A stretch of DNA of 60,711 nucleotides, counting the filler, from Sphacelaria rigidula (lineage: Eukaryota): the NCBI GenBank assembly GCA_964200075.2. It is 6 parts of 6 records of this genome, joined end to end, with 100 filler letters (N's around TTAATTAATTAA, not from the genome) between each part and the next. Parts side by side here need not be neighbours in the genome. Positions count along the whole stretch, not along the records: positions 30,407 to 40,441 come from CAXNAA020007280.1; positions 40,542 to 50,576 come from CAXNAA020007281.1; 4 more parts are not named here. The stretch is one strand, 5' to 3'. The notes under the pieces were generated by a model. It searched no databases and was not told where the DNA came from. It saw only the letters and a list, made by a program, of their open reading frames with translations. Of the stretch, positions 36,392 through 50,470 are shown one piece after another. A program made the translations under genes and the position numbers. Within the stretch, counting starts at the first letter, position 1, and the number at the start of each line of letters is the position of its first letter.

Positions 36392-38734
36392 AATCCTGAG
36401 AGATTTCACAATCCTGAGACAGCAATATAAGGCTCGCTGCCCGCTGCCGATGCGTGAGTATCTACGACGCGCGGCACGTGTGTTGCACCATTCTCTCTGT
36501 AGGCGTGGTCCCTCTATCAAATATAGCTACTCTGAACCCCCGGCGGAACAGAGTTACTTACTGGCCCTTGGCCCCTTCAGGCAATCGCCCGCGGTCTATA
36601 TTCCGAGATTTTTTATATGTATGCCACACGCGTAGGTGGACGCTGAATGGACACGTGCCGCCTCTCAACGAGACCCGGAAAAAACATTCCGAAAATAAAT
36701 CCTATGGAAATTCAGGCCTTGTGATAGGAATATACTAATCAGCTACAAATCACCGGACGTAAATTGGTGATTTTTTTTTAATGTCTTGCAGGGCTCCCCT
36801 CAAGATGCTCCCTACGCAGGGAATGATGCAAAACTATTCTTGAGCCAATACGCGTGTAGCAACATTTTGCCACGGTCACTTGTGTTGCACCGCATACACA
36901 TGAAGACAAAATCGCCCGCTGATCGCACGTTAGAATTCAAGATTTTCCTGTCGGAAATGCTAATCTGTGAAGATGGCACGTAGCAGGACGGTGCTTCGAT
37001 TCTGGGCGACCCTTTGCACATGGCAGTGGCAGGAGTATTGTAGAGGGGTCTAGCACTCGTAGAATTTTCCCTCGACTGAGATGATCAGGAATACAGCGTG
37101 TACCGAATCACTCGAAAATATAGTAAGAACAGATATGGCACTCACTCAAGTGCATACGATTGCTTTGTCCAGCTGTCGTGTCAACCTGCACCAAACTTGC
37201 TTTGACTGTCCCCACATATCGGCTCAGCCAATACACGAGAACAGGAGTTAACTGGCCACATTCGTAGAGCGTTATCAATCGCGATGTACGTATGGAGAGC
37301 TGTGTACGCCCGCTTCACTCTTGTAAACGACGACGACGCTAGACAAGCACATCGTAGCTGTAGACAGTATTACGGGTACCATGCACCTATTTTTGCTTGC
37401 AACAGTGCAGTCACTATATATAGGCATGCGTGCAAATCATCCGAACTTTTAACTACAATCGAAAAATGCAAGAGCTTCGTTTCATACTAATAAGGTATGC
37501 TTGAAAGACGGTACAAGTGAGCGTGGCTTGAGTTATGATCAGAGGTCATGTGGATTTTGACAAAATGCCCAGAAAAAGATCCGGCGGTGGGCACCAGAAT
37601 CTTCTTTGCACGCTGGCAATCAGCTTGTCAAGCTCTCTTAGACATGAACGGCTGGTATCAATACATTAACTATGCCATAATAGTGAGTCTCGGATTTGGT
37701 TTCCTATACTGCAGTCTTGTTTCAGTTGAGATACGCCTGCTGGGGATGGTTGGAATACTGCTATTTGTTGAAGTCAGCAACCCAAAACACACCACACCAA
37801 AACGAAACATAGAACGCCTACTCCCCCGACAAGTCCCGTAAGAGGCCACCTTCGAATGCCGACGCGCAGCTTGTTAAATCTCTTTCAAATATCAAAATGT
37901 CGGCATCAACGTGCACGTGTGTCTTCCTCGGGGTGCTTTCATGACCGATGGTCCCGTGTACAACAAGCTGTGTGCTCCACAAGGATGGCAACAGATGTGG
38001 TGGCTTTTTTTATTCGGAGGATCATCCCTGTGCTCAGTTTTTGTAGGTTCTGATTGTCACCACGACGAATTAATTTTTCGATATCATGTCAGACACCACA
38101 AACTTTTAAAGATGGCGCGCGGCCACTACGCCACTCGAGATCGCGTGAAAACGTTCCCCTCGGGTATAGGTCATACGGATATCCTAGCAGCACATTGCAC
38201 CGGAGCACATTTCCCCGTTTGAAGGTTTAAGTCGATGGAAAAGGTGCTGGCGTCAAATCCCCCAGCAAAACAACTGCGCAACTGTGATTTCTCCAATCTG
38301 CATATCTTGGGACTGTTTTTGTTTGTTGATGACATCGTGGTTCACGAGGTGGGCGACATTCTGCTGCGTGTGCTGATTTTCTCGTACAAGCGTAGCCGCA
38401 TGTATCACGACGGCAATATGCTGCTGCTTGCGGCTAATCTGCGAATGCCTATGATGCGCACCATCCTTCCGGCCCGATCAGCATGCAAGTGCAACGATGC
38501 ACTCACGTGATCGAAAGGCTGCTAAAAAGTAGCATATGAGTACCGCGGTACGGTGCCATACAGTTTGCACCCGGCTGAAATTCCCAAAGGGCAGAACAAA
38601 CTGAGAAGAGGGGGTTGAAAAAACGTGCGTTTGCTAGCTCGCAAGTATCCGTCATCCAAGGAGCAAGATATGTGATCCTCACGATGTACCCGGCAACTTC
38701 TGTCTGCGCCATGGGCATGTGTTTAATTCTTCAG

Positions 38735-38845
38735 GTGCGGCGCGAGGTAGATCTGATGCGATCGAAGCACAACGTGGTGCCAGGGCTGGCGGTTATTATG
38801 GTGGGAGAGCGACGTGATAGTGCCAAGTACGTGTCCATGAAACAG
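38735..38845 (+). CDS. folD: Internal exon of a methylenetetrahydrofolate dehydrogenase/cyclohydrolase (FolD/MTHFD-type) gene
   Basis: cag|VRREVDLMRSKHNVVPGLAVIMVGERRDSAKYVSMKQ|gtggga contains the FolD motif PGLAV..VG.R.DS..YV.MK. The exon is 111 nt, phase 0/0. Flanking exons were not confidently located. Confidence 0.8.
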
Positions 38846-40151
38846 GTGGGACAAAAAATAACCGCGCGTTTGCTGTTCACACCGGGACTTCTTTGGCCTC
38901 GGTAGGTTCTCGTTGGGAGTGAACTTGTTGAGGCTTGTGTTACTTTTTATTCTTCGTCTTTCCACTCAAGATAGTAGTAGCAGTGGCCACAAAATTGTGG
39001 CTACCCAAAAACGTAAAGGTTCGTAAGGTGAGGTATGGCGAAAAAAGGTGGCGGGGCCCCCCATGCGCATCGAGCGTGCGGTTCTGTACGCCTACTGGTG
39101 GCTGTTCACCGAGAGTCGTTGGTGTCCTCTGTTTGTTCGCGTCGTTGCCCGCGACCAACACGCTAGGCAGTGGCGGAGAGTATTGGCTTCACCTCCTTCA
39201 GCAGCATCCTTCCAGCGTCGGCCACACACAGCGAGGTCCTAGAGTGTATCCAGCGCTACAACAGAGATCCAAGGTGACTTTCGGAGACCAACAGGCGTTC
39301 GGTTTAGCTTACGGTGATTCTGTGCAGATCGTAGTACGGCAAAGTGACGTGCGTTCGACCGCAATCCCCATGCGCGCGCAGGTACAATATTGCCACCGAT
39401 CAAGCTTTTACCGCACAGCGCGGACAAAATTGTCTCTTTACAGGATAGGGGTGTGAAGGGAAGAATCTGGCATGAATTTCGATGATGCCCGTCCCCGTTT
39501 TCTGAGTAGATGGGATCTTTGTGTAAATCAGAAGTAAAAAAGCAGTAACTCGTGAGTGTAGATACGTAAACTTGTACTTGAACCTTGTCAAATTTTTCAT
39601 GTTTGGGCTGCACAATTGTCTCCACATGTGTACCATGTATGTCGCTAAGATACGAAAAAATTACTCCCTTCCCCGATGCTTGCTGGATCTCGGGATATGC
39701 CGTGGCTGTAGTCCAAGGACCGGAGCGGGCGGTGGTTGTTTTGGAGTATTTTCCTATGTGGTTTATAGTATACTTGCGCCAAGTGCACGGTGAATATCTG
39801 TAAGAGCACATGCATCTACGTAAGGCGACATACCAGCAATAATGATCGCGTGATTAATTCAACCAGACAAGGGTAGGCACACTCCCAGCCACAGCGCAGC
39901 TCGACCAGGCGGAAGTCCAACCTATTTAGCTCGAATACTCACCAGTGGCTGAGATGTTGACAGGAGTGCTGTTTGTGACGTTGAGTTGGCGCTCCCGCTC
40001 CCAATGTTATGTTATTATGTTCCATTCCCCCTCCCAATGTTATGGTGTTATGTGTCCACACATGTGCATGTCATGTCGTTCACCTCACGTGTATGAGTTT
40101 TTGTCATTAATATATTTCGCCTTTGCAAGCCCCCCCCCCTCCGTCCCTCCC

Positions 40152-40365
40152 GGTTATACCAGGAGGTAGATGGCCACAGACGGCGAAACAGGACGGGGAC
40201 AAGATATGTAAAAGGTTTTTGTGCTCTGTATGGAAGATATGTCATGAGCGCCGGAATGTTGAAGGTGTCTCTATTAGGAGTAGGAACAGTGCTCCGTCTC
40301 GAAATGGATGCGTGGTCAATTGTCAAACGACTAAGGCACGCAACAAATGACTACGACCCCCCCTC
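40152..40365 (+). mobile_element. 5'-truncated 3' fragment of the poly(C)-ended LINE
   Basis: RWPQTAKQDGDKICK...EGVSIRSRNSAPSRNGCVVNCQTTKARNK* is homologous to 60470-60649. C-tracts lie on both sides. Confidence 0.85.
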
Positions 40366-40441
40366 CCCCCCCCCCCCCCCCCACCCAACAACCCCCCAAC
40401 CCCCCCCACCCCCACCCCCCCCCCACCCCCTCCCCTCACAC

Positions 40442-40541
40442 NNNNNNNNNNNNNNNNNNNNNNNNNNNNNNNNNNNNNNNNNNNNTTAATTAATTAANNN
40501 NNNNNNNNNNNNNNNNNNNNNNNNNNNNNNNNNNNNNNNNN
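40442..40541. other. Artificial contig linker
   Basis: N44-TTAATTAATTAA-N44. Confidence 0.98.
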
Positions 40542-41997
40542 TGTTTTAGGGTTGAGCCTCATCTCGAAGTTAAACCTCAATTCGCACAATTTGTTGTTAT
40601 ATCATATTAATCGTCTAATCAAGGGGAAGGTGCTCATCTGCTCGAAATGTGCTCATCTGCTCAAAAGTCTGAGCCAATATTTTCTCGTTAATGAAACCCC
40701 ATGCCTAATAATTCCTATACCTAACGGAAATAGCGCCCACACTGAAATCTACACGAAACCCCCGATCGATACATTCAGCAGGTGACGACAATTCTTGGTG
40801 TGGACATTCCCTGGAACACGGGGAGACTATAGATACCCTCACCTTCATTTCATTCGTTATCTATCTCGAGACATGGTTGTATCACTTGACGTTTGGGGCA
40901 TTCAGCTGAAGCTTTTCTTTTGTTTTGCTCGTTGCAGCTGCTATACTGGTGCTGCGGTTGACTCTGTCTGTTGTCTGATTTTGCGGTCACCCAACGTTTT
41001 TTCTCCGTACGTTTCTCCCTTCTTTTTTTTTGTACTTGTTCCAACATATATACAGTCGAGTTCAGCACTTATTTTCTGCTGTAGCGCACACTCGTCGGCT
41101 CGGCTCCCTTGTTTGTAAACGCCCTTCGCGATGAACAAGGATGTGTCACGCGACCTCCCACTCAACATCGATGCACGCACCATGGGCCGCCTCCGTCGTG
41201 AAAGCATGCGTACGCGTGCGCTGAATACTGAGAGACAGGCACGTGCCCCCTCCAACTTCTGTAAAACTTCGTTTTGCTTGTTCGAGTTGCTGTATTTTGA
41301 TTCACTGTATCTCCTTTCTTGACTGTACGGTTCCCATTTTTTTGTACGGGGTCAACACCCCATGCAGTCGGGAAGCAGTACTTGTTTCTCTGCTTTTGCG
41401 GGTCTTCGCGGCTCGGCTCCCTTGTTGGCTTGCACACAGCCTTCGTGATGACCAAAGATGTGTCGCTGTTGCTTCGGCCTTGAAGGTGCTTGGTCGGTGC
41501 TTCGCATTTCCTAGCGTCCCATTTGCTGTTTTGGTTGACTACACAGCTGCGCGCAACCTCTCCTGTTTCGAAAGCCGGGGTGGAGACCATGCGGTCCTCG
41601 GATTGTGTGTTGATCTTCAACACATACGAGTTCCATTACCTATGCTGTCCCATACCCCCCCCCCCCGTCCCCCGCGCGCACCCCGCCCCCTCTCGTTTCG
41701 ATAGCCGCGGTGGTTCAACGTACCGAAATCAATGATATATCTGTACCAGATTCCCCCCCCCCCACCGCCCCCTCCCTTCTCCTTTAACGCCATGCACACT
41801 GCACCGCTTGCGATTGTTGCTTCACAAGTGGGACAACTACCGTTGGTGAAACATTGTACTTCATGCTGCAGCTTCAAGCACGCAGTCCGTCCTGTCCCGA
41901 ATTGTGGAAACTCTTTGCAATATTGTAGGCACTAGAAATTGCGGCACTGTTTGCCTACAACAGCGATCATGGGCTGCGTGTATCTACTAGATTGCAC

Positions 41998-43790
41998 TTA
42001 ATTGATTTGATTGTCGCACATTAACTGACCCCTCAGGGGTCCAGCCGTGGTCTCATGATAGACGTACCCAAAAAAAGCGAAACTGAAAAACGCCCTGAAA
42101 AGAAAAAGGAACAGAACAAAACAAGAAGTCGAATAGAACGACATAGCAGACTAAGTCGTAACAACAAAATGAAGTCAACACAAGCAAAGCACAGAAAAAA
42201 TGGCCGCCTTAAAACAAAAAAAAGGAAACGAAGAAGAAAGTAAAAAGCAGATGAAATATAAAACAAAAAAAGGAGAAGGCCCAAGGAATTCAGGGCAGCA
42301 GAGTAGATACAGATACACACCAGTGGGCGCCGCAGAGCCACCGACTAAGGATATTATCAACACCCGATATGAGAAAACAGGATTCTCCGATTGGCAGCCC
42401 TCGACGCAGTAGCCTCTCGCTTGTGACGGCGGTCTGATTATCGTTTGTCCGCGCGTCGCCACGTGTCCTCGAACTTTCCCACTCCCTTTCCAACTCAAAT
42501 ATGCCACTTGCCCATGTCTTAGCCGCAGTGACCCAATCGTATGCATCGTTAATCTCTACAACGTAGCCGAACCACTCTCGTCGGGCTCCTTTGTTCGGGA
42601 CAGCTCCTAGCGCAGGTAGGTTCTCGTTTAGGGTATCCTGCCATTGCTTGGGGGGGCGGCTGACTTCTTCGGGTCCTCGTGTGGAAAGCCGACCGTTCAT
42701 GACACGCTTGGGAAGGCGTGTGTCCTTCTGCCGGAAAAACCGGAAAAGTGCTCCCGCGAAGCAGAGTTGACGTTTGCGGATACTCGTCTCGATGCGTTCG
42801 CACTTGGTCATCTCGAGCATCGCTCTGTACGAGAGAGTCTTGTAGTCATTTCGATCGTTCCTGCGGAATCCAACCACTCGCAGTAAGAGCTTGTGATGGG
42901 CAGTGCGCAGACTGTCGAAGTCCTCAGAAAGTAGCGTCTCTGTGGCACACCCATACAACAGAGCTTCTACCATCTCCGCTTTAAGTGGCCGAACTTTCAA
43001 GGATAACTCGGCGTTGGGCCGGTCGTAGAGTTGGGAGCTATTTTTTCGGATACGCGCCCACGCCGCGCTGAGACGGCGGTTGATTTCGGTGGACATTTTC
43101 GCATCCGCGCTGATAGCTCCACCAAGGTAGATAAACTTCCCCGTCTGCTTATACTGTTGACCGGCAGCTTTGACATCCAGGGTGGCCTCCGTGGGACTGG
43201 GTACTGACCAAAGGCGCATGGACTCTGTCTTGCTCTCGGAGACCATCAGGCCGAATTCCTGGCAGGTCATCACTATCACGGCCATCATTCGAGCAAAGTC
43301 TTCTGAGGTCTTCGAGTCTATGCCGGCGTCGTCCGCATAGAGCATTGCCCACACCGTGCGTCGCACCTTTTCCAGTGGTGTCTCTTCCACGGGTTCACAA
43401 CCGACACCTCGTGGCGAATCATCTAGAAAGACCAAGTCTGAGACGATGAGGGGGTCCGCCGCAAACCGCTGGACGATCACTTCCACCAAGCCTGCTCCGA
43501 AGATGTGAACAGCAGCGAAGACGAAACGCAATCTTGTCTGAGTCCCTGGCAGACGTCAAACCACGCTGATAGTTCGCCACTATTCTAGCTGTACTCGAGC
43601 TCGCATACCGTCGTGAAACATACGGATGATCGTGATCATTCGCGACGGGACTCCGAACCGAGCAAGCACTTCCCACAGGAAAGTGCGGTCGAGGAGAATC
43701 GTAGGCTTTCTGCAGATCGATAAAGCACATGTTCATTGGGATACTGCTCGCCCGTCCCAACGCCTGGAGGTGCACTGTACGGCGTATTAC
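41998..43790 (-). mobile_element. RTE-clade LINE, 5'-truncated; partial reverse transcriptase and C-terminal region
   Basis: CFIDLQKAYDS, MLYADD, FGLMVSESKTE, FIYLG..ISAD, EINRRL..AWA, ALLYGC.T, RLPKRVM.G are RTE RT motifs. (CAAT)-like tail at about 42000-42013. Confidence 0.92.
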
Positions 43791-43999
43791 AACGCCACAA
43801 CTGCGTTCTGTCTGTGCTGCAAGCCCCCTGATTTTTTGTATTCCACAATACACGTGACCTTGCTGCCCGGTATCATATCGTGTGTCGATACGATACCGCA
43901 CTGTACTAGGTCATACTGTCTGTGATACGTAGTCTGTACTGTACTATAGACAAGGCATTTGTTTGTGGTCGCGAGTGTATTTTGCTTGTCCGCCTGTGC

Positions 44000-46900
44000 T
44001 GCATGCCACCCAACTTCCACCTCAGCTGATTGCAGCGGATCTCACAACCCTGCCGACGGTACCGTCAGCTGGACAGTACATCAGAGTGTCGGAATTTTGC
44101 CAACGTTCAGCTGCGAATCGCGCTAGCTGCTGTTTCTCAAGTTGCCAAACCTTCCCAAGCGCTCATACAGGACTTGGCGGGTTGATGTCGACGTTCGCTG
44201 TGCCTCGTGAGTACAGATTTGTTTTCCATGGCGGCATGATTGAATATTCGATATATCTGTACAGACAGTACTGCATGAAGCGGTCACTATTTGCCAGGCA
44301 CTGTGAGATTGTGTCGCACGAAGATTTTTTTTCTGAGGTTCCCACGATCTTTTCTCAATTTTCTGTCCTTACCTCGCCCCAACACCTCATTAATTAGGTG
44401 ACAGGCCAGGTAAACGTGGGGTGTGCACTAAACTGCGTGGCGACTAAAACCCATTGACTGCAGCGAATCTCTGACATTCGAACGTCTACGAGCACGACGG
44501 AATCATGACGTTTTCTTCCTTTCTTGCCCTTCTTGATTTAAATTTCAGCAGCACTGGTGGTTTCTACTGTTCCGTCTCGCTGGCTGATATGGATCATACG
44601 TGGAATATGTCAAAGGGTTGGGTCATGTCTTCAGCGACGGTACCAAGCACCGTCGTGGTCACCCGTCGATTCTCTCCTTGGCTTTTCGCATCATAAATTT
44701 GGCGATAAGCACATGACATCAGCACGTCCACGGACCTTATCGAACACACCGATGTGAAACCGTCACGTCGACCCCCTCCTTCAAACTGACTTGATCCGCC
44801 CCTGTAAGGATACATGTCAATGTTGTGGCATTTGGTATTGGGTATACCGCGACCGACTGCGTACCCATATATTTGATGCGCACCCGTGAAATGCTTTTCT
44901 CGAACGCGTTCGGTGTGCTCAGATTATTTTCTTTGGACCAAATCCTCACAATACAGGCGCATGCGTGCAAACCATCGCCCTCAACATCGCGATTCGCGCG
45001 GTTTAAACAACCACCCCAGATTTGATACTGTAACCACGGTAGTGATCACAGCAATCTCAACCCACAGTGCAATCATTCGCGTTTTCAGGCTCGGGCGCAA
45101 AGACTTTCGGCTCAAGCCTACCCATATCTCATTCTGGCGCCCTTCACCCGTATGCACAGGGTCAATCATAAGACGGCACACGCTCCGTTGTGATTGAACC
45201 TGCGCAGCGATTGAGCCCCGCAAGATTGATTTCTGTCCCTCCATTGATGCTACACGTGCCACTTGACGATGTTTTGGAAATTACCAAACCCCGCGTTTTT
45301 AAATAAGCATACAGCGGGGCGATTCAGAGTGTACCTCTGCCTCAAAATTAGGCCGTCGTCCTCTGCTCGTTTTGTGAGCGTAATGTCTCGAGCACGGAGC
45401 GCAACCGTGTTGAACCCGGCTTTCCGTCGCTCAGCGAGTTGGGGAGGAACCTCAGCACAGCGCTGGGGAGGCGCCTCGAGCGTGAACGAGGGCGATCTAT
45501 CCTTGACCAAATCCCAACAGCCCTCAGAGCAGCCGAACCGTTGGTGCGCTATACGCGTCACCCTCGGCGGGCTCCTCCGGATGGCCCTGTAGATATCCCT
45601 GATGACGCAGTTGCACCCGTCCACCGAAGTCATGAACGGGTGTGGGTTTCATTAAATGAAGACGATACTGTCCACCAGGCCAGTGTTTCCCAGATTTCGA
45701 ATAGATCAACACTGCTCCCTGCCGGCCCCTCACATACTTTGTTAGAACCCACCACTAAAGTAGCGTTGTCATCTCTTGGGTCAGATACCTCGCGGCTAAT
45801 TGGGCGTTCGCCCTCTCGTCATGAAAACCCCCCGTCTGAGTCTTCATCACAACGAAAACATAGCGTAGTGACCGACGAGCCGTCAACGCTTGACCGCTCG
45901 TCCCCTGTTTCACCAATGTTGTTCCCAACTAGCACGGGTAGCGAATCGACTAGTGTAGCCAAATCGCCTTAATCCTTTCCCGAAACGTCCCTTTGTTTGC
46001 CCGTACTAGATGCTGTAACCTCGCCAGCTTCGCAAACTGACGCTTCGCTACTTGTTCCTGCCAGCCACGACAACTGCCTTTCCCAGGCATCGTCCATCCC
46101 TTATGGTATACGGAGTTCAACCCTCGACAGGTTCCCCAAAAACTGCTGAAGACAATCCGTGCCCCAACCCACCTTCGGACAGAAATCTTGCTCCGAAGGA
46201 TCATCAGCGTGTGTATTTCAGCGCAGCCGCTCACGATCACAAGCACGGTTCGTCCACAGATTTCTTGCCAGAACTTGTATCGGATCTATTCAGTGGAACT
46301 GCAATCATGGATGACGCCTCCCTTCACAACGAAAAAAGTGTGTCAGCTTACCGCCAACTTGTGATGGACTCGCATACTAAAGAACTGACGGCGTGTTGTA
46401 CACCGTCAGGCTTACGAATGTGGGATAACACCACAAGGTGCCGCCGGCGCCCCCGGGGCGTTTTAACGTGATGTTTTGTGTGAGTAATGATGGAGTCTCC
46501 AAGTGACATGTGTATCCCGACGATGCGGTAATACACGGTCGCACACTTCCGAACATGCCGAGCACTTGGCGTCTTTCTTCGCACGCTTTGAACAGCACAA
46601 CTTCAACCTCGCCCCGTCCGAATCCCGCGTTGGATTGACTAGCATCGAACTCCTGCCACTGTATCACTCCTCAAGGTCGTAGTCCAAACCTCAACAAGGT
46701 TGCCGCACTTACAGATGTGCCCATGCCACGGGATACATCTCAACTGCGCTCCTTGCTTGGCTGTTTGAGCTACTACCAACAGTATTTGCCGAACATAGCC
46801 CAAACCCTCAACCCTCCCACCTCCCTTCCAAAACGAAGAGGCGTGACATTCGCGTTTACGTGGGAAATGGAGAAAACAGTAAGTGAACCGCTTGGCACAC

Positions 46901-49900
46901 CTTCGCGACCGCCAAGCTTGGTTTTCCCAGACTGGTCGGCCGCTGAAAATGGTTCACATCCGTTCCGACTTCACACGGATTCTCCAAAAACTGGGTTTGG
47001 CTGCACGTTGGGGCAGGAACAACCAGATGCTATTATTCGCCCCATCGTATATTTGAGTCGAACTACCTACCCAAACGAGCAAAACTGGTCGGTCATGGAG
47101 CAAGAGGCCGGTGCGATTGTTTGGGGAGTGCGACGTCTCCGTCAGTACTTGTATGACATTCCGTTCGTGATTTATACAGATCATGAGTCTTTTGAAAACC
47201 TCGTCAAAATGACGGAACACAACGTCTGGGTTCAACGCTGATTTGAAATCCTGTCTTCTTACAACTTCACGCTGAAGTATCGAACAAGACCTCAAACTGC
47301 GAAAGCTGATTTTCTGTCTCGCTTGTCCATCCCGGCCCAACCCATCGACAGCTCCGCCTTGGGACGTTTTACGGATCCCACCGAAAAGATTGTATATTTC
47401 ATGGGCAGAAACGGTCATGGTGGAATCTACACACCACTCTCACTGAACCACAACTCGGCGCGTGGCATGGATGGGCTGACGACTACAGCTCACGCTTCTG
47501 TACTAGGCAGTATGCCACCACAACCGTTGTGTTCAGTTTGGAGTGGAGCTCGTACAAGCCCGAGCGGGTATGATCATTTCCGTGCAACTGGTCATCGTAT
47601 GGTTTGTGCTGCAGATGTAGAACCGGCTTGTGCCGACTTCGTCCTCCCGGTGCAAGTGCGAAATCTCCTCTCGAGTACTGTAGAACTCGGGGACGGCGTG
47701 CCGCCGAAACGGCCGCCACCCTGGCGGCCCCTGGCCCGGACGTTCCCATCCCAAGCCTCATCCCGACGCCCGATACGTTCCTTACGCCCCCTCAACCACC
47801 GCGGCGCAAGGCCCCCAGAAGATCGACTCCATACACGGCACCCCTCCCTTCCATTTCCGAAGCCTCGGCTTTGTCCCCCTTCCCCGGTGATGATGTACCC
47901 AATGATGCCTCATCACCCGATGCGCTAGTCGACGTAGGAATCGAAGACAATGTTCCGCTTGAAGGTACCTCAACTGGTCTCCCCGCCCATGATCCAAATA
48001 CCCCTGATTCGAGTCAACATCGCCGTGACACGAACCCCTTCATTTTGGACAAACCGTCGGATAGTGTTTTTGAGGAACTTTTGACCCTTCTCTCCCACGC
48101 CGATTGGGCCAGGGAACCACAAGCTGAACTTGCTTGTAGAGCGGCTATGCATTATCTATCCAAAGGCTGCCCGTCTCCGTTTCCAGCAACCGAATTCCTC
48201 TTGCCCGTTGGGAACCACAAAGTCCCCACACAGGATGAAGTTAATGAACTATCGCAAAAAGGTATGCTTTATACGGATGATGATGGTGTCGTTCTTTTAC
48301 TTCGCCGGCCCACAGCGCCCCTTCGTGTGGGTAAACCTACGAGTAAACATGCCTGCTTGTTAAATGATGACCCCACACGAATTTGTGTGCCGATGCTTCT
48401 GCGTCCATGGGTTCTCCATGAGTGTCACTCGCAAGCATCGACACATCTGGGAGTTGCTCGGACCTCCCAGATGCTTGAGCGTTTTTTTTTGTGAATTTGT
48501 ATGGATCAGTGTGTCCGTCGGTGGGTGAGGCGTTGTCTTTTGTGTCAAGCGCGAAAAACTTCACGTCAAACACTTCGTTGGCCGATTATTTCCATGATAC
48601 TCCCAAACAGGCATGGTGAAGTAGTTTCGTGAGACTATATTGGCCTCTTGCCCGTGACGGATAGTGGTCATGAGTATATTTTGTTGTTCACAGATACATT
48701 AAGTCGACATGCGGTGATCCACGCCGTCCCTGCCAGTAGCTATAATGCGGAAGGTACCGCCAACATTCTTGTATACATGTACACTCCGCAATGGGATGTG
48801 CCCAAACGATGGTTGTCCGATACCGGCCCGCATTTCGCCGGCAAACGTTTTGCTGCGATCAGTAATCTCCTGGGTGCCCATCATATTTTTACTAGCTCAT
48901 ACCATCCGTCCACAAACGGTGGGACCGAACGAGTGAACCATACGATGGCTCAAATGCTTGCAACGGCAACCAACGAACGACAAACGGACTGGGACTTGCA
49001 TTTGCCCCTTGTTCAGATGAACTACAACAATTCAGTCAATGTCGCAACGGAATTGGGATCCAAATGAAGTTCATATTGGTCGTATGCCCGGATTGTCACT
49101 GATGGTGTTCGAGCGGAAACCTTACGGGGGTCATTAAAGTTCGGATAGGGATATGACCGAGTACCATATTTCTGTTGGCAATCGTCTTCGTCTTGCGTAT
49201 GAGGTGGTACGCTAGCAGGACCAAACCAACGCAGCGAAAGTAGCCAGGGCAAACACTGTGTTGGATGATACAGTCAACAACCGTCCGGTGTGGAAGGTCG
49301 CTCAATGGGCATGGGTGTACAATGATGTGAAGACCGTAACTCAGGGGGCCAGCTCCAATAAGTCATCGTTGGATGAGATGTGGAAGTCGAAACTATCCTT
49401 GAATTGAACTGGCCCCTGGAAAATCTTGGCGGTTGGGTCCTGTGATGCCGCACCCGACAATAGTCCAGTAGGCGAGAAACTTTTGTATTTGTATTTTTCC
49501 ACTGATGAACCTGGCATCAAACCCAAAAACCGAGTATCGATGCAAAGGTGCAAACCGTGTCTGCCCCCGCATGATGCATCCGACATGCTCAAACAATTGT
49601 CAATGGGTCTCAGTCAGTACGTGTTGACCAACGATGCGACCAAAGCCCCCCCGTATCACATGACGGTTAATGATGCCAACGGCCCTCCTGAGCGAGTGGT
49701 GGTAGATTGCATCTCGGGCCATCGATTAGTCCGAGGTTCAGGAGGTGAAATAGCGGCTATGTATCAGACCCATTGGAAGGGTATCATGCGTGTTATATGG
49801 GAGCGTGAAGTTGACTCACGTCACTGTCGTCGGGATATATTGCTGTACTGGGTAGGAGATGCCTTCCAACACCGCCCGTTGAGTATGAGATGTAGGTAGA

Positions 49901-49958
49901 TGCGCAAGGGAGCTACCGCTCGGGAACTGGCACGAGAGCACTCGGCGCGATTTGTGTC
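44000..49958 (+). mobile_element. Ty3/Gypsy chromovirus-like LTR retrotransposon, heavily degenerate pol (RT, RNase H, integrase, chromodomain)
   Basis: RT remnants (SAYRQL...TACCTPSGL). RNase H (LRSLLG.LSYY, FRLHTDS...GFGCTL.Q, IVYLSR...EQNWS..EQEAGAIVWG...LRQYL, YTDH). Integrase (ILLFTD..SRH, SDTGPHF, SSYHPSTNGGTERVNHT...DWD..LP.V...YNNS). Chromo-like VDCISGHR...YQTHWKG....WE. RT-RH-IN order is Gypsy. The 5' limit is approximate. Confidence 0.9.
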
Positions 49959-49959
49959 G

Positions 49960-50470
49960 TAACAGGAAATAGCCTTCTCTCGCGTTCACAATATATGCAG
50001 CCAAACATGAATATACAAAATACAACAACAACCACTAGAGGAACGGGACTACAATCTCGCGAAAACAATAATTGGAGGGGGGGGAGGGGGGGGAGCATAT
50101 GGTTTTCCAACGACGCTACGGTGCAAGGCACGCGACTCGAACATTGTACACTACGCAAGGTGAATGGGGAAGCAGACTCGGATGCGGCATCATGAGTCAT
50201 TTGCATCCCAAGCGGTGTCCGTGTTGCGTAGAACGGCTGTGTCGAGATCGCCTTGGTCGTGTCGTTGGAGGCACCAGGATCCTCGGCAAGCGGTCGGCAC
50301 CTCGGTGTAGTAGGCATCATCCAAGCGAATCTTGAGGGGGCTCGGGTCATCGAGGAAACGGATAAAGTAGGAGTTGTCAGAAGCAGGATCGACCAAATGA
50401 ATCTTACCCAACCACTACAGTGAATCCAAAGCCTTGTACCAAGAGTACGCCCCCTTCGGCAAACATCGTC
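49960..50470 (-). mobile_element. Inverted copy of the presumed Gypsy pol C-terminus and 3' region
   Basis: The minus strand encodes LPKGAYSWYKALDSL*WLGKIHLVDPASDNSYFIRFLDDPSPLKIRL...RGSWCLQRH. The same sequence begins in sense orientation at 50487. Confidence 0.6.

Noticed and set aside
36449..36850. Candidate 5' exons of the FolD gene (MREYLRRAARVLHH..., transit-peptide-like)
   Set aside because: Could not be spliced in frame to the FolD exon, and no IDGK-type motif exon was confidently found.
10383..38845. Apparent folate/quinone theme (UbiE-type, folate-receptor-like domain, FolD)
   Set aside because: The genes lie on three unlinked contigs, so there is no real cluster.
41090..41470. 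Degenerate direct repeat (CGGCTCGGCTCCCTTGTT...GATGTGTC at about 41095 and 41409)
   Set aside because: Only two diverged copies, with no assignable function or element ends.
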